DNA of 64,000 nt from Bacteroidota bacterium (GTDB lineage: Bacteria > Bacteroidota > Bacteroidia > Chitinophagales > LD1). This document shows positions 17,846 through 24,780 of the stretch, in pieces. The notes under the pieces are model-generated. The model saw only the letters and a program-made list of their open reading frames with translations. It was not told where the DNA came from and did no database searches. The translations under genes and the position numbers were made by a program. The stretch covers positions 13,824 to 77,823 of the forward strand of contig CANJLD010000006.1 in assembly GCA_947475165.1 (NCBI GenBank), in the 5' to 3' direction. How positions within the stretch are numbered: the stretch's first letter is position 1; each line of letters opens with the position of its first letter.

Positions 17846-20800
17846 ATGAAATTTTTGAAACAGGTTGCTTTCTCCTTTTTGATTTTCGGCCTTTGCTCTT
17901 TGAACTTGCATTCACAGAGCACCGAAAAATTCGGGCAGAACCGGGTGCAGTATAAAGATTTCAGTTTCTCGTATTACGAAAGCGACAACTTTATTACCTA
18001 CTATTATTTGGGCGGACAGGATATTGCCAAGTATGTTATAAAAGCGGCTGAAGATAACAGCGATGAAATTTCGAAAGTGCTCGATTACCGGTTTAAGCGC
18101 AGGATTGACATTATCGTTTATAACAACATCAACGAGCTTAACCAAACCAATATTGGCGTTTACGACCCCGGCCAGGTGCAGGGCGGCACTACTAAAATAC
18201 CGGACAGCAAACTGTATGTGTATTTTAATGGCGACCACCGCAACCTCGATAAACAGATACGCGAAGGCATTGCTAAAATTTATGTAGACAAAATTGTAAC
18301 CGGGACCACCTTTGGCGAAGTGATTCAAAATGCGGTGTTGCTGAACCTGCCCGACTGGTATAAAATAGGTTTGGAAAAATACATTGCAGAACCGTGGACA
18401 AGCGATGATGAAGACCGGTTACGCGATGGAATTATAACCGGTCGTTTTGGAAAGCTGAACAAACTGCCACCGGAGGAAGCCATTTTTGTGGGCAAGAGTA
18501 TTTGGCACTATATAGAGGAAGTGCACGGCAAAAGCACCGTGAACAATGTGCTTTACCTCACGCGCATTAACCGCAGCGTTGACAATGGTTTTACCTTTGT
18601 GCTCGGCACTAATCTTTCTGAAACATTATCGGACTGGTATACTTATTACCTCACGCGATTTGCCAACGAATCAAAAATTTCTTCGCTGCCGGAAGGAACG
18701 GTGAAGGTCAAAATCAAGAAGGGCATTGACTACTACCAATCTAAACTGAGTGCTGATGGAAAATATGTGGCGTATGCCAGTAACGATATGGGTCGCTATA
18801 AAATTCATTTGCTGAATACGGAGACCAACAAAACAAAAGTATTATTCCGTGGCGGATGGAGAACCAACACCATGTTTACTGACCAGAGTATTCCGCTACT
18901 TGCCTTTGACCCAACCGGTAAACGTCTTGCGTTTATCAATGATAAACGCTCTGATATTTTCATCCGGTTCTATGATATTGAGAAAAAGAAGATGGAGAAA
19001 AATCCTATCCGCAAGTTTCAGAAGGTGGTGAGTTTTTCTTTTATGGATTCGAAACAGCTGGTGATGAGCGCGGTGCAGAACGGACAGACCGATGTTTACC
19101 TCTACAACATTGCCTCTACCACTACACGAAAAATTACAGACGATTATTTTGACGACCTCTACCCCGCTTACATTTCTGCCGATAGCATTCGCGGAATTAT
19201 GTTTGCCAGCAACCGGGAGAGCGATACACTACAACCACAGCGTTACGAAAGCCAGGTGATGAACAAGCAGATGGATTTGTTCTTTTACGATTTAGATGCG
19301 AACCAGAATGTATTGTATCGCATTACCTCCACTCCTTTTGCCAACGAAACTTCTCCGCAAAATTTGAACGACAGCATGTTTTGCTTTTTGAGCGATAACA
19401 ACGGAGTGCGCAACCGCTACATCGGTCACTTTGAAAGTGTGTTTGACCATAACCAAAAGACCATTCGCTTTATTACTAAAGAGACCGGTGACTTAGATTC
19501 GGTGCAAGTGCCTGCGAATGTTTCTGCCGAAACAATGATTGACAGAAGTATAGAAGAGTTAAAGGATACTTCTTTTCAGAAGGTTTATAAAGTAGGGGGT
19601 GTTACGGCTTCTTACACCAACTACACTTACAACATTCGCGAACAAACTATTGTGCCGCAAAAGAATCTTGCGCTCGATATGTTTCGCATTGGCAACAAGG
19701 TTCAGTTCCGTAAATACAATACAGAATCTACTGCTTCTCCGGGCAGAGCACCGGTGATGGATTATATGCTGAAGCTGGAAAACAAAGCGGCAGAAGTAAC
19801 CGGTGAGAAAAAAGAACCGGTAAACGCATCCGGCAAAACAATGTTGGAAGTTTACGATTCTATCCGCGCCACCCTGGGTAAACGTCCGTTCGATTTTCAG
19901 AGCGAGTTTGATTACGGCATTAAATTGTTTGACTGGGATTCTGCTTCCTCTTCCAAAATTGCTGAAGTGCAAAACGGTTATGTGTTCCGCTTTTCGCGGG
20001 TGCGCCCTTACTACGTTCGCTTTGGTGTAGATAAAGTAATTGCCAATTTCGACAACGGTCCGCTTATTACTTTGTATCAGCCTTTCATTGGCCGGTATTT
20101 TAATGCACCGGTGCCGATTGCTATTAAAGTGGGCATTACCGATTTGCTCGAGAACTATAAAATTTATGGCGGCATCCGTATTCCGTTTCAGGAACCGGCT
20201 AAGAACCTGGAATACTTTATTACTTACGAAAACCTTAAAAAGCGTTTAGATAAAAAGCTCACTTTCTACCGCGGCAGCCGCTCCGGTGGCATTGCTTTTA
20301 CCGATGCTTACCTGAACAATGTGGTTGGCCAATCTGAGTTTAGCCTTAAAACAAATTACTTAGAGCTGGATTTAAAATACGCACTGGATGTGCTGAACGG
20401 CATGCTCTTCCGCTTTGGTTTCCGCAACGATAATATTCTGGTAAAGGTGATAGATGAGCCGAGTTTAAAGTTTCCGAAAATTTCTGACAACTGGCTTTCG
20501 TTCCGCACCGAATATGTTTTTGATAATTGCATTGAAGTAGCCACTAACATTCGCTACGGCACGCGCTTTAAAGTTTTTGCAGAGGTGCAAAAAGAGTTCC
20601 CGACCAAGAACAAAACGTACTCTAGCGATTTTGATTTACCGGTGCCGCAGTTCAACAAAACGGTAATGGCTCTTTTCGGTTTCGATTTGCGCCACTACCA
20701 AAAAGTGTATAAACAAATTATTTGGGCTAACCGGTTAGCTATGGGTGCATCGTTTGGCACAGCACGCATGATTTACTATGCCGGTGGCTTGGAGAACTGG

Positions 20801-21295
20801 ATAACCGGCCCTAACGCTTCTAAGTGGGATGAAACCACGCCTATCAATTACAACCACAATTACGCGTTTCAAACACTGGCGGCACCTATACGCGGGTTTA
20901 AGCAGAACGCGCGCAATGGCGATAAGTTTATTGTGTTCAACAGCGAGTTGCGTGTGCCTATTTTTGCCGCGCTTATTCGCAGCAATATCAAGAGCGAGTT
21001 TATCCGCAACTTTCAGTTAGTGGCTTTCTTTGATGCCGGTACGGCTTGGGAAGGTATAACACCGTGGTCGGGCAACAATCCTTTGTTCAGCAAGCAATAT
21101 CAAAACCCAAATATCAACCCTTCGGTAATTATAAAATTGCAGCGGTATAAAAATCCTTTCATCATGGGCTTTGGTCCGGGTGTGCGCACCAGTTTCCTCG
21201 GTTACTTTGTTCGCTTTGATACCGCCTGGGGTTACGACACCGGTTTGGTTTCTAAATATCCGGCTTACTATCTTTCGTTTGGTTTAGATTTTTAG
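17846..21295 (+). CDS. Large outer-membrane protein with TolB/PD40-like beta-propeller repeats and an Omp85/BamA-like C-terminal barrel; function unknown
   Basis: 1149 aa with a signal peptide. PD40-like repeats are present (LSADGKYVAYASNDMGRYKIHLLN, FDPTGKRLAFINDKRSDIFIRFYD). The C-terminal region has the Omp85-type motif VAFFDAGTAWEG and ends in ...YYLSFGLDF (terminal F). Confidence 0.65.
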   Translation: MKFLKQVAFSFLIFGLCSLNLHSQSTEKFGQNRVQYKDFSFSYYESDNFITYYYLGGQDIAKYVIKAAEDNSDEISKVLDYRFKRRIDIIVYNNINELNQTNIGVYDPGQVQGGTTKIPDSKLYVYFNGDHRNLDKQIREGIAKIYVDKIVTGTTFGEVIQNAVLLNLPDWYKIGLEKYIAEPWTSDDEDRLRDGIITGRFGKLNKLPPEEAIFVGKSIWHYIEEVHGKSTVNNVLYLTRINRSVDNGFTFVLGTNLSETLSDWYTYYLTRFANESKISSLPEGTVKVKIKKGIDYYQSKLSADGKYVAYASNDMGRYKIHLLNTETNKTKVLFRGGWRTNTMFTDQSIPLLAFDPTGKRLAFINDKRSDIFIRFYDIEKKKMEKNPIRKFQKVVSFSFMDSKQLVMSAVQNGQTDVYLYNIASTTTRKITDDYFDDLYPAYISADSIRGIMFASNRESDTLQPQRYESQVMNKQMDLFFYDLDANQNVLYRITSTPFANETSPQNLNDSMFCFLSDNNGVRNRYIGHFESVFDHNQKTIRFITKETGDLDSVQVPANVSAETMIDRSIEELKDTSFQKVYKVGGVTASYTNYTYNIREQTIVPQKNLALDMFRIGNKVQFRKYNTESTASPGRAPVMDYMLKLENKAAEVTGEKKEPVNASGKTMLEVYDSIRATLGKRPFDFQSEFDYGIKLFDWDSASSSKIAEVQNGYVFRFSRVRPYYVRFGVDKVIANFDNGPLITLYQPFIGRYFNAPVPIAIKVGITDLLENYKIYGGIRIPFQEPAKNLEYFITYENLKKRLDKKLTFYRGSRSGGIAFTDAYLNNVVGQSEFSLKTNYLELDLKYALDVLNGMLFRFGFRNDNILVKVIDEPSLKFPKISDNWLSFRTEYVFDNCIEVATNIRYGTRFKVFAEVQKEFPTKNKTYSSDFDLPVPQFNKTVMALFGFDLRHYQKVYKQIIWANRLAMGASFGTARMIYYAGGLENWITGPNASKWDETTPINYNHNYAFQTLAAPIRGFKQNARNGDKFIVFNSELRVPIFAALIRSNIKSEFIRNFQLVAFFDAGTAWEGITPWSGNNPLFSKQYQNPNINPSVIIKLQRYKNPFIMGFGPGVRTSFLGYFVRFDTAWGYDTGLVSKYPAYYLSFGLDF

Positions 21296-21300
21296 GAAAT

Positions 21301-21326
21301 TGTTGTTGGTCAGGCGACCAACAACA
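21301..21326. repeat. REP-like palindrome TGTTGTTGGTC-AGGC-GACCAACAACA (probably also a terminator)
   Basis: Perfect 11-bp stem with a 4-nt loop, 6 nt after stop codon 21295, followed by GCAAGATTTTT. The same element recurs three times at 24665-24763. Confidence 0.8.
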
Positions 21327-21342
21327 GCAAGATTTTTAAAAC

Positions 21343-21831
21343 ATGATTCAACTCAAAGAAATATTTCAATCGCTGCACCAACACGAAGTAAAATATTTAC
21401 TGTGTGGAGGCATTGCGGTTAACCTCTATGGTATTCCGCGTATGACTGCGGATATTGATGTATTGATTGAATGGAAGGAAGACAACCTGAAAAAATTTGA
21501 AGAAGCCATTGCAGAGCACGGGTATAAACACAATTTATTTTTTGAATTGAAAACACTTTTGCAGGAAGAACTTCGATTGAAATACGTGAAGGAAAAAAAC
21601 CTGATTGCTTATGGCTACTCCAGCAATACTTTACAGGCACTAACCTTAGATGTATTAATTGATGTGCCCGTTAATTTTGAAGAATGCTGGAACAGAAAGG
21701 AGATAAAATATTTTAAAGAAACGCCTGTTAATGTATTGCATGTAGATGATTTAATTGTGCTTAAGGGATATGCCAACCGAGAGCAAGACCAGTCAGATAT
21801 TGCCAACCTTAAACGCTTCTATAAAAAATGA
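21343..21831 (+). CDS. Minimal nucleotidyltransferase-fold protein (MNT/AbiEii-like or DUF6036-like)
   Basis: 162 aa. The motif LLCGGIAVNLYGIPRMTADIDVLIE has the G-G...D-x-D signature of small polymerase-beta-type nucleotidyltransferases. The family assignment is approximate. Confidence 0.55.
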   Translation: MIQLKEIFQSLHQHEVKYLLCGGIAVNLYGIPRMTADIDVLIEWKEDNLKKFEEAIAEHGYKHNLFFELKTLLQEELRLKYVKEKNLIAYGYSSNTLQALTLDVLIDVPVNFEECWNRKEIKYFKETPVNVLHVDDLIVLKGYANREQDQSDIANLKRFYKK

Positions 21832-22040
21832 TTACTCCAAAAAAAGAAAACCAACATATAGGATTTACCTACACGGTAACCATGGAGCAAATGGAAAAGC
21901 ACGCAGCCCTATCGGTGGAAGAAGTGTTTAAATGGATTGAAGAAACCGCCACCTTTATTTACGAACTGCAAACGCCTGAAGAGCGCGAACGCAAATTTAT
22001 TTTCAAGCCAAACAAAAAGCCTGCGCAATATTTTTTTTGA
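21828..22040 (+). CDS. Small hypothetical protein translationally coupled to the nucleotidyltransferase gene
   Basis: 70-aa ORF whose ATG overlaps the upstream stop (ATGA, 4-nt overlap). It is acidic and helical-looking, and I recognise no family. Confidence 0.45.
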   Translation: MITPKKENQHIGFTYTVTMEQMEKHAALSVEEVFKWIEETATFIYELQTPEERERKFIFKPNKKPAQYFF

Positions 22041-22061
22041 GCGATGGCATCTCTCAAAACA

Positions 22062-22259
22062 CTACCGGTTCAGCAGCGAATCGAGAGGCGGTAGTTCTTC
22101 TTTGGTGTAATCATGCTTTACCGGTGCCATTGAGTTATTGAGGCTGTCGAATGCTGCGCGTATAGCGTTTTGTTTTTGCCGCGCCTGGTTGGCGGTGTAA
22201 AGCATAAGGCTCAGCACGGCTAATACTGCCGCTACAATAAGGATGGTCTTTTTGTTCAT
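22062..22259 (-). CDS. Small single-pass membrane protein (hypothetical)
   Basis: 65 aa with an N-terminal hydrophobic helix (KKTILIVAAVLAVLSLMLY) followed by a polar tail. No family recognised. Confidence 0.4.
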   Translation of the reverse strand: MNKKTILIVAAVLAVLSLMLYTANQARQKQNAIRAAFDSLNNSMAPVKHDYTKEELPPLDSLLNR

Positions 22260-22532
22260 GAGTTTAAAAATACCCGTCTTTCCGGGCTGTCAGTCTTTAA
22301 TCAGCATTCCTCTATGCTTTAATGCGCGGTGTTTGCGTAATTCCGGATTCCTCAAATCCCGATGAGTAACTGCGGAAGAAATCCGGTTAAACGTGCTGCC
22401 TCTTCATGCCCCCCGACAAGGGAGTACTCTGTTTTGCGCCTCCACAGTTACTTGACCACCTTTTACCGGAAATAAATTTCGGAATTTTTTAAAAAAAACA
22501 AATGGAGGAGGGAGAAAAATTTGTTGTTGGTT

Positions 22533-22622
22533 TTGTCATGCCGAGGAACGAGGCATCTTGTATTTGCACTTGACATGTAATACAAGATTCCTCACTACGG
22601 AAACCTTCGTTCGGAATGACAA
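22533..22622. repeat. ~90-bp imperfect inverted repeat of the TGTCATNCCGA...GAGGMATC type (REP/MITE-like)
   Basis: The left arm is TTGTCATGCCGAGGAACGAGGCATCTTGTATT. The reverse complement of the right arm is TTGTCATTCCGAACGAAGGTTTCCGTAGTGAGGAATCTTGTATT. The central stem GAGGCATCTTGTATT/AATACAAGATTCCTC has one mismatch. A half copy of the 21301-type palindrome (TTGTTGTTGGTT, 22521-22532) abuts it. Confidence 0.6.
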
Positions 22623-22629
22623 GGGTTCC

Positions 22630-23163
22630 TTATTCATCACTCACCAGCTTACCATAAATAATCAGGCTTTGGTGGGTGCCTTTATAAAACTCGCGCTCGC
22701 GCAGCAGGCCTTCGCGCATAAAGCCGAGCTTTAAAAGCAGCCGCTCCGACACAGTGTTGCCGGGCGTAACGTGCGCCTCTATGCGGTGCACCTTCAGTTC
22801 CTCAAACCCGAATTTTACCATACCGGTTACCGCCTCGGTCATTATGCCCTGCTGCCAATAATTGCGGTTGAGCATGTAGCCTATTACCGCCAGCCCGTTT
22901 GGGGCAAAGCGGTTGTAACCCATGCTGCCTATAATTTTATGGGTGCCCTTAAACTTAATGCCCCACCAGATGGAAGTGCCGGCTTTATATCTTTCGCGCA
23001 GCCGCTGAACAAGCTTGCGCGTGTCCTCCTCATCTTTATGCGGAAACCCATCCCAGTATTTCATGGCTTCTTCATCGCTGTATTGCTCAAAAAGGTCATT
23101 TATATGGTCTTCTGTTAGTCCTATGAGCTGCAAGCGGTCTATTTCTATTAATGGGAAGGACAT
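22630..23163 (-). CDS. GNAT family N-acetyltransferase (RimJ/RimL-like)
   Basis: 177 aa with the typical Acetyltransf_3 pattern (RLQLIGLTEDHINDLFEQYSDEEAMKYW...NRNYWQQGIMTEAV...FEELKVHRIEAHVTPGNTVSERLLLKLGFMREGLLRE). Confidence 0.9.
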   Translation of the reverse strand: MSFPLIEIDRLQLIGLTEDHINDLFEQYSDEEAMKYWDGFPHKDEEDTRKLVQRLRERYKAGTSIWWGIKFKGTHKIIGSMGYNRFAPNGLAVIGYMLNRNYWQQGIMTEAVTGMVKFGFEELKVHRIEAHVTPGNTVSERLLLKLGFMREGLLREREFYKGTHQSLIIYGKLVSDE

Positions 23164-23707
23164 ATTTTAGTTGATTAGGACATTTATTGAAATTAAGATA
23201 CGATTGTTCTACTTTATATCTTAATTACATTATTCAGCAAATTAATAAAATTAATTAGTCTTTATATTTTAATAATCTGTAACCAATAAAATATATTCAG
23301 CTAATATAAAATAATGTTTTGCAATTAAATAATTATCACGTTATTTAATTAATTTAATCAGCTAATTAAATTAATTATTCTGCTATTTTAAAATAATATT
23401 CAGTATTTAATTTTTACAAATAAGCTTATTACAATTAATAATAAGTTTATTAAATTAAGTATTTCAATCAATTAACTGATTGAAATTATGATTCAGCAAA
23501 ATAAATTATCTATTCTGCTGATTAATTTATATTAGTTTCTTAACTATTATTTAAATCAGCTGATTTTATATATAAATAGCTGATTGGTAAATTAATACAG
23601 CACATTTATTTTCATAAATATCGTATTTATAAATAATATCCACTTATTTATTTTATTATTTTACATCTAATTTTATTAATTTAGCAGAATAATGTAATCA
23701 ACCATTT
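23164..23707. promoter_or_regulatory. Extremely AT-rich divergent intergenic region with a phased array of CAGC-core motifs
   Basis: Lines counted contain 6-8 G/C per 60 nt. About 11 copies of WTTCAGCWAAT-like motifs are spaced mostly at multiples of ~21 bp. There is a 14-bp palindrome AAATCAGCTGATTT (23553-23566) and the inverted repeat ATTTCAATCA-N6-TGATTGAAAT (23461-23486). Confidence 0.6.
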
Positions 23708-24664
23708 ATGGAAATAAAGCGCATATTTACGGAGAGCGATAGTGATATGATATCGAAAATTAACCTGATGAGGGAAGTTTTTAATGATAACTTATCAAAA
23801 TTTACTGCCTACGATTCTCAATTCAATGCCTCCTTTTACTTAAACTGGGAAGCTGCATGTAAAGATGCACTTATGATTGGCTTGGGCGATAGTGACGAAC
23901 AGCTAACTGACCATGATGCCATCCTGATTGATGAATCGAACCAATCGCTGGCTAAGTGCTGCGCCAAGTATCGCGATGTGCAGTATTATGCCGGCAAGGC
24001 TTTTCCGGATAATAAGGAGGCGCTTAAGGAGTTCGGGCAGGGGCAATACAGCAAGGTGTGCACCAGCCGCCTGCGCATGGTGCAGTTTATGGAGACCCTG
24101 CATGGCGTTGCCGACAAATATAAGGTGGAGCTGATAGCGCAGAATTTTGCGCAGCCCGCCATTGATGAAATTGCCACGCTGGCGAACGAGCTGCGCGAGG
24201 ATAACAAGGCGCAGCAAATGAAAAAGAAGGAGCGCCCCACGCAAACGCGCAAGCGTATTGAGGCGCTCAACCGGTTCTACAGTATTGGCCGCCAGGTGGC
24301 GCGGGCGGCACGCGCCATTTACCGCACGCGTAAAGATTTGCCCTCGTCTTTCCGCCTTATGCAGCGGCACGAGCGCAAGGTGCTAAAGGCCTGGCTGAAC
24401 ATTGGCGCAGGCGATACACGCAAAACATCTTTACCTAAGCTGGCGAAGAAATTTAACCTTAGTTTAACTAACCAGTCGCCCACCGGTATAGAGTTTTGGT
24501 ACGCCAACACCGCGCGTGAAGTGCCGGACGAAAAATTTTACATCTCAGCCGGTGAGGAAATAAAACTGGAACCGGTGGCACCGGTTAAGAAGTATCTGCT
24601 CATACAAAACACTTCCGTCAAACCGGTTAGGGTGATGATGAGGAAGGAGAAGAAGAAGGCGTAA
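23708..24664 (+). CDS. Orphan hypothetical protein (318 aa), GC-rich, with a basic C-terminal half
   Basis: Uninterrupted ORF with ATG at 23708. The central part is about 60% G+C (36/60 in the line counted), which spawns spurious antisense ORFs. It has a Lys/Arg-rich region (KKKERPTQTRKRIEALNRFYSIGRQVARAARAIYRTRK). No family recognised. Confidence 0.65.
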   Translation: MEIKRIFTESDSDMISKINLMREVFNDNLSKFTAYDSQFNASFYLNWEAACKDALMIGLGDSDEQLTDHDAILIDESNQSLAKCCAKYRDVQYYAGKAFPDNKEALKEFGQGQYSKVCTSRLRMVQFMETLHGVADKYKVELIAQNFAQPAIDEIATLANELREDNKAQQMKKKERPTQTRKRIEALNRFYSIGRQVARAARAIYRTRKDLPSSFRLMQRHERKVLKAWLNIGAGDTRKTSLPKLAKKFNLSLTNQSPTGIEFWYANTAREVPDEKFYISAGEEIKLEPVAPVKKYLLIQNTSVKPVRVMMRKEKKKA

Positions 24665-24763
24665 GTTGTTGGTCAGGCGACCAACAACGGCACACCCTTT
24701 TGTTGTTGGTCGCCTGACCAACAACAAAAGGCACACCCCTATTGTTGGTTGCCCGACCAACAA
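24665..24763. repeat. Cluster of three REP-like palindromes (BIME-like) between convergent genes
   Basis: Copy A (24665-24688) is GTTGTTGGTC-AGGC-GACCAACAAC. Copy B (24696-24731) has a stem of up to 16 bp around TGTTGTTGGTC-GCCT-GACCAACAACA, with the loop inverted relative to A. Copy C (24742-24763) is TTGTTGGT-TGCCCG-ACCAACAA. A and B are each followed by GGCACACCC. Confidence 0.85.
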
Positions 24764-24780
24764 CAAGAATTCTCAAATCC

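Noticed and set aside
22262-22500. Assigning the 22.3-22.5 kb non-coding stretch to a known RNA family (RNase P, SRP/4.5S, tmRNA, 6S, cobalamin/TPP/SAM riboswitches).
   Set aside because: None of the conserved cores I know (GAGGAAAGUCC, GGUCCGGAAGGAAGCAGCC, the tmRNA acceptor/tag region, the B12 box, CUGAGA) is present. It is kept only as an unclassified structured-RNA candidate.
23164-23707. The AT-rich repeat region as a CRISPR array or as the chromosomal oriC.
   Set aside because: The recurring units are only about 10 nt, are degenerate and occur in both orientations, with no constant-length repeat/spacer structure and no cas genes. Only one DnaA-box-like sequence was seen (ATATCCACT at 23636-23644, 7/9 match), and dnaA and the typical oriC neighbours are absent.
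23903-24766. ORFs 23903..24370(-), 23986..24270(-), 23928..24134(+), 24319..24510(-) and 24545..24766(-), overlapping the orphan gene.
   Set aside because: They arise because the region is locally GC-rich and therefore poor in stop codons. Their translations are Arg/Ala/Leu-rich nonsense. The + strand ORF 23708..24664 is the only one spanning the whole GC-rich segment with a sensible start and a terminator hairpin.
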